This document shows, piece by piece, positions 42,109 to 54,332 of a stretch of 64,000 nucleotides of DNA. Both the position numbers and the translations under genes were made by a program. Location of the stretch: the NCBI GenBank assembly GCA_964019425.1, contig OZ025781.1, positions 372,001-436,000 of the forward strand. The letters run 5' to 3'. Position 1 is the stretch's first letter. Each line of letters starts with the position of its first letter. This stretch comes from Flectonema sp. DT1601. Taxonomy: Eukaryota. Under the pieces are notes generated by a model that had not been told where the DNA came from, made no database searches, and worked only from the letters and a program-made list of their open reading frames with translations.

Positions 42109-43587
42109 GTTATTACAATGATTAACCTGTATGAATGAAATGTTATAAATATGTTCGCTACTAGAATTAACAATAGAGCAACTTCTTTGTAATTTTTCTG
42201 TTCGGACTGATAAAAGCTGCAAATTATTGAGAACCTAAATCAAAGTAAATACATGTAAATGTTTGATTCCAACAACTCAAGCTCAAGTCGATAACTATGA
42301 ATAAACAGAAAGGACATCGACAATAACTCAGCTGTCCCCAATTAACTGCAAACATATGCGTACCCTTCTGAGCAGATCGAACACATTCCTTGCAACAGGG
42401 ATACTGCTAAGGAAAACTTAATTGAAAAGCTAATTAGTGTTACAGTTGAGGCTGATCTTCCAATCGTTCTTTGAAAACAGAAGAAGCCTGTGGAGAAACA
42501 TGTTTCACATACAGCTGTAAAGAAAGATGTTGTAACTAATGATGTAGTTCTTGCAAGAATGATGGCAAAACAATCATTGGGTGAGCCAAGTACTGGTAGA
42601 GTGAAAAGGAGAATGGTAGATGATGATGACGATGAGTGGTCACCTTGATTGTTGTTTGGGGATATGTGTTATCAAAATTATTAAATATCTTGGGTAATAT
42701 TTGGTGGGTGCTAGAATGCCTAATGCCATACTACTGATGGCTTTCTCTTCGTTGTCACTCTCTTGCACTCTTTTCTTTTAACAATTGTCTTTTTATGTTA
42801 TTAGAAGTGTTTGCAAAAGTACAACAAATGACAAACAGGTTTGTCTTGCTTTCTTTTTCCGTTACCTGTTTGTGCAAAGAATTAGAGACTCGAAGTGATG
42901 TGATCGAAGTCCGAAACGATGTCCTTGTATGCGTTTTGCAACATCTTTGTTTGCCTGGCCAAAAGCCTTGCCTGTTAATTACTCCCCAAAAAATAACACA
43001 GTTAGCGCTGGGAGTCGGTGAGCAACTTGGCGATCTGTTTGTTCTACTTTCTTTTATTTTTTTTAAATAGAACGAACATGATTGGATCGGGGTGCAGGGC
43101 CGCCTGGGGCATTAGCCAGGTTAAGTCATCAGAAGCTGCTGGTTGTCTAGATTTTCAACTTCACCAGACACCAGCAGCGATGTGGTATGGATCCAATTTG
43201 GATCAAACAGTTTGCCTTCTTTTTTATTTGGAGAATTCTCCGTTGCCTACATAAAAAAAAGTTTTTTCTCCGTTGCCTGTCACCTTAACTTTTTTTTCTC
43301 CGTTACCTGCACCCAAAAAGTTTTTTCGCTGTTGTGAACAACTCTTTTTTTTTTTTCTCTGTTGGGTACCAGCACTTTTTTTTTTTCTCTAAAAAAAAAT
43401 TTTTTTTTCTGGGAAAAAAAAAAAAAAAAAAAAAAAAAGAAAAAAGAATTAAGAAAAAAAATCAGAGGTAGAATCTTCACATCTTCTCACATTCTTGACA
43501 GTGTTTCCTTGTTAGACGAAAAGTTTTATAAAGCAAGAATAGAAAACACTATAAATGAATCAGATGATGACCTTGCATCGAAAAATA

Positions 43588-45060
43588 TTAAAGCTCATCA
43601 GATGATGAACTTGAATCACACTTCTTTCTCTTTCCGGATATCCGGTTTCTCCTAATCGATGTATCGACAGTCTTCTTGGGGGCCGACTTCTTCGCTGATT
43701 TCTTCGGGGCCGACTTCTTGGGGGCCGATTTCTTAGGGGCTGACTTCTTCGGGGCCGACTTCTCGTGTAAGGGGTTTTTACACGTAGTCTTATTGTGGCC
43801 CACCTTACCACAACGACTACACAAGTTCTTTCCCTCCCCTTTGGAAGGAATCCTCTTCGTGGGGGCACCCTTCGGCTTCTTCGTTGTTGGCGGTAACAGT
43901 TCAGTCTTCGCCGACTGAAACTGATACAGCCCAACTGGCCGTACTGGGTCGTCATACGCCTTTCGTAAGGCTCCCAAACGAAAGCAGGTTGGAACGTACT
44001 GCATCTCGTTGAAACCAAGAAACCTGTTTATTTAGTCCAATTAATTCGCCACAAGTAGCGTTGACCACGACAACAAAAAGACAAAGAAGAAGTACCTGAT
44101 AGCCGCACAGGTATGAACGCATGGCAAGGCAGTCTGCTCTGGGAGCAAACAGGTGCAAGCCATTTCTTTACCCACCAGCTTGACCAACTCCTGCCTCTGT
44201 CCATGTACAACGTTCGCTGTTTGTTGTTATTATCCCTGCAGATGATTCTACAAGCCCCGAGAAAGATACCATACCTTCAAACACTTCGCCTTCGTGCATC
44301 ACTGGTTCAACAGTGAACACTGCTGCTTCAACGGCAGCCGTCTCCACGATCTCTCTCACCCACCCCAAAACCATCTCGTCATCACCCTCTGCATCGTGCG
44401 CACTACGCCGTCGCTCGTAGTGCCACTTCTGCACAATGCTGACAATGCTGTTAAGCATCCCCAACACATTCTTGTCCCTGGCTGAAGAGATAACATTGTT
44501 AAACCCTTCAGCCAGGTTGTTCGTACTTTGATTGTACGTCCTAGAGCGGATTGCACCGCGAGCCCAAGTCTCAGGCTCCTTTTCATCCAGGTATTCGTGG
44601 AGCACTTCAAGCTCGTTCTCCTCCGCAGACTCACCAAGAGCATCAAACATGGGTAGGAACCTGTATGAAGGTGCCGTACTGAGGCGATCGGCAGGGTGGA
44701 GGTGTTCACGATTTTTCACTTTGCTACACGAAAATTCACGATTTTTCACGATTTTTCACGATTTTTCACTTAATTTTTTGCTGCTTTTTGGTAGTGAAAT
44801 CCTGTGAAAATGTGTGAAAATGTGTGAAAATGTGTGAAAATGTGTGAATTCTAGTGAAAAAAGTGAGTGATATCCAGATGGTACCGTTGGTGCTGGTGTG
44901 CTGTGCGATGTCAAACCTGTTCAGTTTGCCATACGTCATGTCACTTTGACAACTAAATGGGCATCGCTTGTGCCCAGTGACCCATCACCCTTCCTGACCA
45001 TCGCTTGTGGTGAGGTTCCGGACTTTGGACCGGCGCATCGCGTGTGCGGTGGGTTTAATC
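43588..45060 (-). pseudogene. Degenerate Mutator-like (MULE) transposase
   Basis: Fragments in several frames: W.R...YNQSTNNLAEGFN (catalytic Glu region), a CSRCGKVGHNKTTC zinc knuckle, a KSAPK tail and a C..CPF...HT-like remnant near 44900-44980. Frameshifts and stops are present. Confidence 0.75.
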
Positions 45061-45070
45061 ACTGAGGGGC

Positions 45071-46056
45071 TCATTCTCGTTCAGACTGTTCTGTTCTGTG
45101 GTGTCTTTCCATTACTCCTCCCATCTCTGCCAGGAGACAGCCTGACAACCCATATTGATATTGCTTGAGAGACAATGAGAGGTAATTCATTGGGGTAGAA
45201 ACAAGTGAGTGTAATGGATTCTTGCGTGCCGGTTCTGCAGCCTTCTTTTTCTTCGCCTCTGCAGCCTTCTTCCTGGCTGCATCCCTTGCTTCCTCCTTCG
45301 CCTTCTTGGCAGCCGCCTTCTCCTTTCTTGCCTCCTCTTTTCGCTGAGCAGTTTTTTCTTGTGCAACTTTCCTGGCAGCAGCATTTTCTGCTGCTTTCGC
45401 TGCTTTCGCTTGGGTCAGTGTGGCGGACTGCTGGGGCACCGGGAGGGAGAGGGGGCAAAGCATTCAACAACAGAGAAAATGAATGCCCCGCGCTGGGACT
45501 TGGTTGGGGGGTTAGGTAGGGATGGTGCGTCCACCGGGATGATGCTGGCATCAGGCTTGGTGAGCATGGGGTCATCGGGGACATCGCTCTTCAGCTTAGA
45601 GACCTGAATGTGGTTCACATGGGAGAGGGCGTGGTTGACCTGCCTATTGACTTCCAGCAGGCGGGCGTGGTGAGGGGAGACTGTGTCACCGCAATAGCAG
45701 CAACGAAAAATGCCCTTTCCCCCCAAGGGTTCCAGCATGTAGAACCATCTACCTGGAAGCTCGGTATCGAGCAATGCAAAAATCTTTTCCCAATAATCGA
45801 GGTGACAGTGGCCTGATCTTCTGGCCTGGCTGTCCTGAACTTTCTGCCGGTTAATCTTTTTGAAATGTTCTGTTGTGTTACCCTCAACAAGAAAACACAA
45901 TGAAGCAGTTGAACGTGTGTCCTCTAACCAGGACAACGCCCCTGCCAAGGCACCTGTAAAAGCAACCCCCCTCTCAATGAGACACATCTGTGTCTCATTG
46001 TCCGGTTTGCGTGTCACCTCTACTTCAGTGATACTGACGTCATTCCTCTTCTTCAT
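45071..46056 (-). CDS. Putative element-borne accessory gene: C-x2-C...H-x3-H zinc-finger region followed, in another frame, by an Ala/Lys-rich helical tail
   Basis: ORF 45415-46056 contains RCCYCGD...HALSH and ORF 45071-45463 contains AAKAAENAAARKVAQEK. GC content resembles the adjacent transposase relic. Confidence 0.4.
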
Positions 46057-46136
46057 GCTGGTTTATGTTTAGTATTGATAATAAAATAGCTGCTTGTTCA
46101 GATTCATCATTACTATGTAAAAAAGAGAAACACATA

Positions 46137-46517
46137 CTACCGAGATACAATGACCGACACCTTGTCAAGCAACTCGGCTGTGTCTGTCGTGAACTCCAGT
46201 GCCGTCCGCAACTGGGCGAGGTTCTTGTTCTTCAGTTGCTGGGCGGCGGCGTTAGCCTCGACACGGAAGGTCAGGGTTACTGCCCCCTTCTTTCTTCTGG
46301 CAGCAGCCTTCTCAGCCGCCACTTCAGCGATGGCGTTCTCCAGCTCTCGTTCCTTCTGGAGGATCTGGACTTCGCGGTCCAGATTCTCAGTCATCGACCG
46401 GAGATGCCCCTCCTTCTCCCGCAACTCCTCTTCTTTTTTTTGATGCTGTCGGAGCATCTGTGCTACAACAGGGTTGTAGCTACGCCCCCCGACTTTCGCA
46501 GCCTCGTTGTTGGTCAT
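46137..46517 (-). CDS. Small coiled-coil protein, probably element-associated
   Basis: 126-aa GC-rich ORF with E/K/R heptads. Confidence 0.45.
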   Translation of the reverse strand: MTNNEAAKVGGRSYNPVVAQMLRQHQKKEEELREKEGHLRSMTENLDREVQILQKERELENAIAEVAAEKAAARRKKGAVTLTFRVEANAAAQQLKNKNLAQLRTALEFTTDTAELLDKVSVIVSR

Positions 46518-47080
46518 TTTTTGAAATTACTGTAAGGTTCAAATAATGTTTTTCTGATTCTTTTGGATTTTTCTCGAGGATTTGCTACATTTCAGTTCCT
46601 CTTTGAATACTTTTAATAAAGTATATAATTGCTTTCCATGTCTGTACAGCACCTGAATAAAGAATATAAAGTAATACGCACAACTGGCAGAACAGATACT
46701 AAGGACATTGTTAATGAAAGTTACAAGTCATCACCGAAATTACAACAGCAACACCTGAAGTCACGATAGAAAAGATCAGAAGCTGTCTACTGAGCTCTCT
46801 GATGCTGCCGAAGCTGAATCCATAGTTGAGCCTCTCGAAGAGGTTAGAGATGTTGAGGTGGGAACAAAGAAAAATGCTAAGAGGAACCCCTTATTAACAC
46901 CTAAGACATCTAAACTGCTGCACAGCTTATGCCCAATGCATTAACAGGACATTCCCTCACACTCAGATCAAAAAATCAAAGTTCAGAGTGCATCTTAGCG
47001 TGAATGAGAGAATTTCCCATCGCTTTTTTTGAACAAAAGAGATAGAAGAGAGGATAGAAAACGAACATAACAATAAAATT

Positions 47081-47234
47081 CTAAGTGAGAAACACTTAGC
47101 AGAAATACTTAGCAGCTTTTAAGGAGCTGAAAAGCAAAAAAAAAATCTAAGTGAGAAACACTTAGTAGAAACACTTTGTAGCTAATTAAGCTGAAAATAA
47201 AAAAATAAAAAATTTCTAAGTGAGAAATACTTAG
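47081..47234. repeat. Three tandem units of about 67 bp, each with a ctaagtg-agaaa-cacttag hairpin
   Basis: Copies start at 47081, 47147 and 47216; the third has one stem change. Confidence 0.85.
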
Positions 47235-47867
47235 CAACTTTTAGAACAAATATTTCAGTAAATAACCTGTTGAAATGGTAGTTAAATTCAATGATGAAAC
47301 CATTACAGGTTTGATGTCAAAACTGACAAAGACTGAGTTGTGTTACCAGGTGAGATTTGGACTGTTAGCTTTTGGCTAAGGCCCTCCCTGAAGAGCAAGA
47401 ACAAAAAAACTACTCACACCTGAAGAAAACATACACAAAGAACACACTGTAAGCTGTGCGTGTATTTTGTGTTTGTCACAACAGGAGAGAAAAGAAAGAA
47501 TGTCAAGGTTGGTCACCTTGCCTATCAACGCACAACATTGGTGGTCTCTACTAGACCCTGAGTGATCCCACTGGATCTCTCATCGTTCATAGTACCCTGT
47601 GTGAAGTTATAAAATCAAAGGTAAACTATGAACTACAAATGACTTAGCCTGTTATTATAATGCCACAGGCAGGCCCTGCATTCAGCAACTATCCAGCAGT
47701 GCTTGGATGTCCTGATCTTCTTCTAAAAAAAAGAAAAAAAAACAAAACTGTAGCTGGGATCACTCAGGATCAACAGACTACCAATGCTACCTGTTGTACT
47801 TGCTCACTATGGGGGGGTGATGCCAAACACCCAGAAGTACTTAACTGCTTTCCTTCTTGCTGCCCAG

Positions 47868-48265
47868 GGGTTAGTGTCAATGGCAATCTGAGCGCATACA
47901 GAACTGTGATGAAAGGTGTTCCGCAAGGGTCGATTGTTGGGCCTCTCCTTTATCTGATATATGTCGACGACCTGGCTAAGAAACTTGAGAAGACTGGATG
48001 TGTTTCAGCACTCTACGCAGACGACACAGCTTGTGTGGTTTCGAATAAGGATTTTAAAGTAACTTACCGGATGGCGCAATTAGTCCTTGGGTTAGTAGAT
48101 CGTTGGTGCAAAGATAATGACATGGCACTGTCGGTTTCGAAGACTTGTGGGATGCCGGTGGACTGTCCTAGGAATATGTATTGGAGGTTGGGATTCCCCA
48201 GAACGTCAGGAGAGAACTTCTTTCGGATCAGTAGGGAGGAACTGGCTGGGATGATTCGGTCAAAT
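47868..48265 (+). pseudogene. Non-LTR retrotransposon reverse transcriptase fragment
   Basis: GVPQGSIVGPLLYLIYVDDL, ALYADDT and W...N.M..S.SKT motifs. Cut off at 48266 by the repeat head. Confidence 0.9.
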
Positions 48266-50024
48266 GAATTTCGATAAAGTGGGAAGTAACGGACTGGGAG
48301 CTTTTGGCTCCTGCCCTATTCCCGATGTAAACTTTCTTTTTTTTTTTTTTTTTTTAACAGGCCCAAAGGGCGACAATGATGGTTGCTGACCAAGGAATAA
48401 TATTCAAATGAATTTTCGTTTCAAAGAAACGAACAGAATTAAGAGAGAGGCAGAGAAAAAAAAAAAAAAAAGAAAGAAAAGAAAAAAAAAAAATATGAAG
48501 AGGAAATAATCAAACATGAAAAAATAAAAAAAAAAAAAATAAAATATAAATAAAAAAACATTGTATGAAAAAGGAAAAAAAAGAAAAAGAAAAAAAAAAA
48601 GACCAGAAAAGGAAAGAGAAAATGAAAAGGTATAATATTATTGTGGGGATATGAGGATAGCAGGGAAATGCTCTTTTTTTTTTTTTTTTTTATTATTTAA
48701 AAAAAGGAAACAATCAGTTTAGCGTCTCGATCAGGACGGAAAATAGAAATTAATCGACATAGTCGATCGATAGAAAAAAAACAATGATAACATTGTTTAT
48801 TCTTTTTTTTTTTTTTTTTTTTAAATCCTTTTAATTATTTTAAAGAAAAAACAATCAGTTTAGCGTCTTGACCAGGACGGAAAATAGAAAGTAATCGACA
48901 TAGTCGATCGATAAAAAAAACAATGATAACATTGTTTATTCTTTTTTTTTTTTTTTAAATTCTTTTTATTTATTTTTTAAAAAGAAAAAAAACGGAAAAT
49001 AGAAATTAGTCAACAAAGTCGAACAATAAAAAAAAACAATGATAACATTGTTTATTCTTTTTTTTTTATTTTTTTTATTTTTTTTTTTTTTTATTAATTT
49101 TGAAAAAAAAACAATCAGTTTAGCGTCTTGACCAGGACGGAAAATAGAAAGTGATCGACATAGTCGATCGATAAAAAAACAATGATAACATTGTTTATTC
49201 TTTTTTTTTATTTTAAATTCTTTTTATTTATTCTTTAAAGAAAAGAAACGGAAAATAGAAATTAGTCGACAAAGTCGAACGATAAAAAAAACAATGATAA
49301 CATTGTTTATTCTTTTTTTTGTATTTTTTTTATATTCTTTTTTATTAATTTTGAAAAAAAAAAAAACAATCAGTTTAGCGTCTTGACCAGGACGGAAAAT
49401 AGAAAGTGATCGACATAGTCGATCGATAAAAAAAAAAAACAATGATAATATTGTTTATTCTTTTTTTTATTTTAAATTCTTTTTATTTGTTTTTAAAGAA
49501 AAAAAATGGAAAATAGAAATTAGTCGACAAAGTCGAACGATAAAAAAAAACAATGATAACATTGTTTATTCTTTTTTTTTGTATTTTTTTTATTCTTTTT
49601 ATTAATTTTGAAAAAAAAACAATCAGTTTAGCGTCTTGACCAGGACGGAAAATAGAAAGTGATCGACATAGTCGATCGATAAAAAAACAATGATAACATT
49701 GTTTATTCTTTTTTTTTTTTTTTTTTTAAATTCTTTTTATTTATTTTTTAAAGAAAAAAAATGGAAAATAGAAATTAGTCGACAAAGTCGAACGATAAAA
49801 AAAAACAACGATAACATTGTTTATTCTATTTTTTTATTTTTTTTTTTCTATTCTTTTTTATTGATTTTGAAAAAACAAAAACAATCAGTTTAGCGTCTTG
49901 ACCAGGACGGAAAATAGAAAGTGATCGACATAGTCGATCGATAAAAAAACAATGATAACATTGTTCTATTTTCCGTCCCGATCGAGACGCTAAACTGATT
50001 GTTTCCTTTTTTTAAATAATAAAT

Positions 50025-50056
<32 letters not shown>

Positions 50057-50275
50057 ATCTCCCTGCTATCCCTCATATCCCCACAATAATATTATACCTT
50101 TTCATTTTCTCTTTCCTTTTCTGGTCTTTTTTTTTTTTTTTCTTTTTTTTCCTTTTTCATACAACGTTTTTTATTTATATTTTATTTTTTTTTATTTTTT
50201 TCATGTTTGATTATTTCCTCTTCATATTTTTTTTTCTTTTCTTTCTTTTTTTTTTTTTTCTCTGCCTCTCTCTTT
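48266..50275. repeat. Foldback repeat block 1: head of about 445 bp plus forward array of three-hairpin units (to about 49964), then an inverted partial copy
   Basis: Head starts gaatttcgataaagtgggaag. Unit is aatcagtttagcgtcttgaccaggacggaaaatagaaagt(a/g)atcgacatagtcgatcgat(a)n-caatgataacattgtttattc(t)n. Confidence 0.92.
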
Positions 50276-50805
50276 TTTGCGAAAAGAGCACTGATTCTGG
50301 AGCTGACGTGTCCAAATGAAGATCGTTTCGAAACCTCTCATGTCTTAAAGGAAAAGAAATACCTAAAGCTAAGAGACTCGATCATCGCTAATGGCTTCGA
50401 CTGTAACATTTTTACTATTGAAGTTGGCGTACGAGGAAACATCTGCATGGACCAGCTGAACATCTGGACACGTCACATCGGTTCACCTTTAGCACCAACA
50501 AAAGCTTTATTTTGTGAATGCACCAGAATCGCCAGACAGTGCTCATATGTTCTGTTCCAGACGAGGAACCTCCCCACGTGGCATTCAAGACCACTAATGC
50601 GCAGCATTAAAGAAGAACCTGCCACTGCAAGTTTTATAAAAGATGGTAAAGAAATCTTCCCTGTGGAAGAAGTCAAAATCCACAAAGTAACAAAACTGAA
50701 AACGATCGAAAAGCTCACCATTGAAAGATCGTGGCTTGAGAAATGTTTTATCTGGCAAACTTGTTACGCATCGGCTCTTTCTATTCTACTTGTTGCCAAT
50801 GGTTC
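50276..50805 (+). pseudogene. Restriction-like endonuclease (RLE) C-terminal fragment of a non-LTR retrotransposon
   Basis: LILELTCP.E......K..KY..L.......G.......IEVG.RG pattern typical of RLE-clade LINE C-termini. Confidence 0.75.
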
Positions 50806-50807
50806 TA

Positions 50808-51061
50808 AAAAAAACAATGTTATCATTGTTTTTTTTTTTTATCGATCGACTATGTCGATTACTTTCTATTTTCCGTCCTGGTCAGGACGCTAAACTGATT
50901 GTTTTTTCTTTAAAAATAAATAAAAAGAATAAAAAAAAAAAAAAAGGAATAAACAATGTTATCATTGTTTTTTTTTATCGATCGACTATGTCGATTACTT
51001 ACTATTTTCCGTCCTGATCAAGACGCTAAACTGATTGTTTTTTCTTTAAAATAATTAAAAA

Positions 51062-51093
<32 letters not shown>

Positions 51094-51416
51094 TGAATAA
51101 ACAATGTTATCACTGTTTTTTTTTTTTCTATCGATCGACTATGTCGATTAATTTCTATTTTCCGTCCTGATCGAGACGCTAAACTGATTGTTTCCTTTTT
51201 TTAAATAATAAATAAGAAAAAAAAAAAAAAAAAAAAAGAGCATCTCCCTGCTATCCCTCATATCCCCACAATAATATTATACCTTTTCATTTTCTCTTTC
51301 CTTTTCTGGTCTTTTTTTTTTCTTTTTTTTCCTTTTTCATACAACGTTTTTTTATTTATATATTTTTTTTTTTTTTTTTTTCATGTTTGATTATTTCCTC
51401 TTCATTTTTTTCTTTC

Positions 51417-51448
<32 letters not shown>

Positions 51449-51641
51449 CTCTGCCTCTCTCTTAATTCTGTTCGTTTCTTTGAAACGAAAATTCATTTGA
51501 ATATTATTCCTTGGTCAGCAACCATCATTGTCGCCCTTTGGGCCTGTTAAAAAAAAATAAAAATAAAAAGAAAGTTTACATCGGGAATAGGGCAGGAGCC
51601 AAAAGCTCCCAGTCCGTTACTTCCCACTTTATCGAAATTCA
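50808..51641 (-). repeat. Inverted copy of head plus three-hairpin array
   Basis: Reverse complement of 48266-48920 and near-identical to the reverse complement of 57750-58565. Confidence 0.92.
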
Positions 51642-51661
51642 CCTCCCCGGCCCCTTCTGTT

Positions 51662-53110
51662 TTGTTAGATGAGGATGAGCTCACTGGACTCTCCTTGTCA
51701 TTCTCTTCTATTTCTTCCATCTCTTTCCAGACTCCCCCACCTGAACTCATGTCAACGGGATCGCAAACACTTCCTGCTGATTTCGCTATAGTGATAAGAA
51801 CTCAATCTGACATGGGTTCTCAAACCCCCTTGTACAAAAAAAAAGAAGGAAAATTAAGGCTGAAACTTTCCTTGAAATGCCAGATTTTAGAAAACGAATT
51901 AGAGCAAATGAAAGAACGAATTTTTTATGTTCTATTTTTATTTTACTTTAATGCGATGTCAGCCTCCCTCGAGAAAGACAAGCAGTTACTAAATGGATTA
52001 CCTGTTGAGATCAAAGCTACCAACCAGGATCCATCCTCACTTCCTCCTGCACCCCCTGTTTTAATTATTGAAAAAGATAGAAAAGAATATGAACTTCTGG
52101 AAGGAGTAATTCAACGGTTAACAGCAGAACGCGATGAATCGAAGACTTCTCTTTCTGCACTAGTTCGACAATATGACTTAGTGGAAGATTACAGGAAACG
52201 TGAGCTCGCAAATCTGACTCAGAGAGCAGACCTATCGGAAATGGCGCTCTTTAATTACCATCAAAGGTTTGTTCTTCTGTCGAACGAATTGGAGACCAAA
52301 TGTAATGAGGAAAGAGAAAGTAAAATTAGACTTTTCTATACTCAACAGGAGGTCGAGAGTTTGCGTGCCGCGCGTCCCCGTATGACCCACTTTAGTCAAC
52401 AAGTTTCCCCCCGAACCCCCGTTCTGTATGAATCTGTTGCTATGATGAAGATAGCAAAGAACTACCTCTCGCTCTTTACAACTACGAGTAGTCTTTTTAC
52501 TCCTCTTATTAAACCCCTTATCCCTACCCTTAATTATATCACCCCTCTTTGTCCTCTAGCCTCAATTCCTCCGACAATGCCGCAGAGTGAAGCTCTCGAC
52601 CGCACGCCGACCAAGATTTTACGACAAGAGAGTCACGTTATCTCCGTTAAAGAGAATACACCTATTGCGAGACAATGGTCCGAGGGTAGGATTGACTTAC
52701 TCGAGAATTACTGTCGAGCAGTAGATGACTCTCTCGAAACAAACGAGAAAGCGGCAGAGCTCTCAGAACAACTTCTGGATGCCCAACTTCGCCTCTCGGA
52801 GCTGAATCACCAACGGTGTACAACTCACGCAGAGCAGCTTGAGCAATCCATGATGTTAACGGGACTGGCGAGCGATTTAAATGCTCAACTCGCTTTGGCA
52901 CGGTCTCAAATTGCGGCCCTGAAGTTCCAATTAGCTTCATGGGCAGAAGGTTTGAGTCCGCCAGACACAGAAGAACATGAGGAAAATGAAACTCCGCCGA
53001 GAAAGTCTGAGCGTTCAACTCTGAAAAAACGAACCCCTCCATCAAGATATCGTTACAATCGAAGGAGATGTTCTGCTGATGACGTTCACGGTGACTCCAC
53101 CCCCTTGTAA
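51662..53110 (+). CDS. Orphan coiled-coil protein embedded in the repeat domain (true start uncertain)
   Basis: 482-aa stop-free frame with two long heptad-like regions (YELLEGVIQRLTAERDE...; LSEQLLDAQLRLSEL...LALARSQIAALK) and a basic C-terminus. Confidence 0.6.
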   Translation: MLDEDELTGLSLSFSSISSISFQTPPPELMSTGSQTLPADFAIVIRTQSDMGSQTPLYKKKEGKLRLKLSLKCQILENELEQMKERIFYVLFLFYFNAMSASLEKDKQLLNGLPVEIKATNQDPSSLPPAPPVLIIEKDRKEYELLEGVIQRLTAERDESKTSLSALVRQYDLVEDYRKRELANLTQRADLSEMALFNYHQRFVLLSNELETKCNEERESKIRLFYTQQEVESLRAARPRMTHFSQQVSPRTPVLYESVAMMKIAKNYLSLFTTTSSLFTPLIKPLIPTLNYITPLCPLASIPPTMPQSEALDRTPTKILRQESHVISVKENTPIARQWSEGRIDLLENYCRAVDDSLETNEKAAELSEQLLDAQLRLSELNHQRCTTHAEQLEQSMMLTGLASDLNAQLALARSQIAALKFQLASWAEGLSPPDTEEHEENETPPRKSERSTLKKRTPPSRYRYNRRRCSADDVHGDSTPL

Positions 53111-53589
53111 TTCTCTTTTTCCTTACTTTCACATCACTTTGTTTATTTAGTTTTTTAGCTTATTTATTATTTATTGTTCGTTTTTGTTTGTATTATTTTA
53201 TCGATATGTTTATGTCCGTCAGATCATAACGTTAATCAGGTTAATTGTTAATTATAAATGGTCTAAACCCCAATCCAAGTTCCCAAGGCTTGGCATAGAT
53301 TTGAGTGACGCCTTACTGGCCTCCTCATCCTCTATGAGTGGTGAGGGGGCCAGCAATGGTTTTTTTTTTTTTTTTTTTCTCTTATTTCTTTTTTTCTTTT
53401 TCTTTTACTCTAATATGAAATATTTTTGAACAAAATGTGATTATTAATTTAAAAAAAAAAAAAAAAAATAATAATGTAAATGAATAATAAAAAAAAAAAA
53501 AAAAAACATGCCTTGGGAATACAATCAAAGCCCCAATTAATCGGTCCTTTCTTTTTCCTTCTTGTCAAGTGATCGCTCCACTCGTCGAT

Positions 53590-54060
53590 CACCAAAACCG
53601 ATTGTATTTATATCTGTTCTTTTCTCAACGATCGGCTATACCGACCATTTTTTTTTTTATAAATAATTGTTTTCTTCTTCTCGACGATCAGTTCCAATTG
53701 ATCGACCTTTTTTTTTTTTTTTCCTTTATTCCTTCCATCCCTCCCGCTCCCCTAATTTTAAATAAAAACAAGATCAGCTCAGCTTGATCGTTAATCTTTT
53801 TTTCTTTTTTTAATTTAAACTGATTGTATTTATATCTGGTTATTTTTCTCAACGATCGGCTATACCGATCAACCTTTAAAATAATTTCTTCTTCTCGACG
53901 ATCAGATCCAAATGATCAACCTTTTCTTTTTTTTTCCTCTATTCCTTCCATCCCTCCCGCTCCCCTATTTGTAATAAAAACAAGATCAGCTCAGCTTGAT
54001 CGTTAATTTTTTTTCTTTCTTTTTTGTTGGTCCTAGTCAAGACCTTAAACTGACTAACCG
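53590..54060 (-). repeat. Diverged relatives of the hairpin unit, including a direct duplication of about 220 bp
   Basis: gattgtatttatatctg...aacgatcggctataccga...ttccttccatccctcccgctccc...aaaacaagatcagctcagcttgatcgttaat occurs twice (about 53600-53795 and 53822-54007). ggtcctagtcaagaccttaaactga lies at 54029. Confidence 0.8.
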
Positions 54061-54332
54061 GTCTTAATTTTAAATAAGTGTTAACCTAGTTTCTCTTTTC
54101 CTTTTCAATTTCCTTTTAATACTCTCTATCTGGTCTGTTATGTCATATTTCTCATTTAATTTTATCATCCATTTTACTTTTCACTGTTTCCCATCTACAT
54201 TTTATTTTCAAATAGTTACGGTCTGTTAAAAAAAAAAAAAAAGTTTAAATAAGTTAAATTGAACATGTTAACTCAATTCCTCAATTCTTCCGTCATGGTC
54301 ATGACATTCTTTTTCGCTTCTCTAATGCACAA

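Noticed and set aside
48855..48915. Hammerhead ribozyme (stem followed by GAAA)
   Set aside because: The CUGANGA core is absent on both strands.
51547..51750. Minus-strand spliced gene through the repeat head (gtaaac...(t)n-aacag mini-intron)
   Set aside because: The frame is the antisense register of the long plus ORF, is short and is closed upstream. It cannot be excluded without RNA data.
45071..53110. Fanzor/TnpB or tyrosine-recombinase gene
   Set aside because: No RuvC or R-H-R-Y motif pattern recognisable in any ORF.
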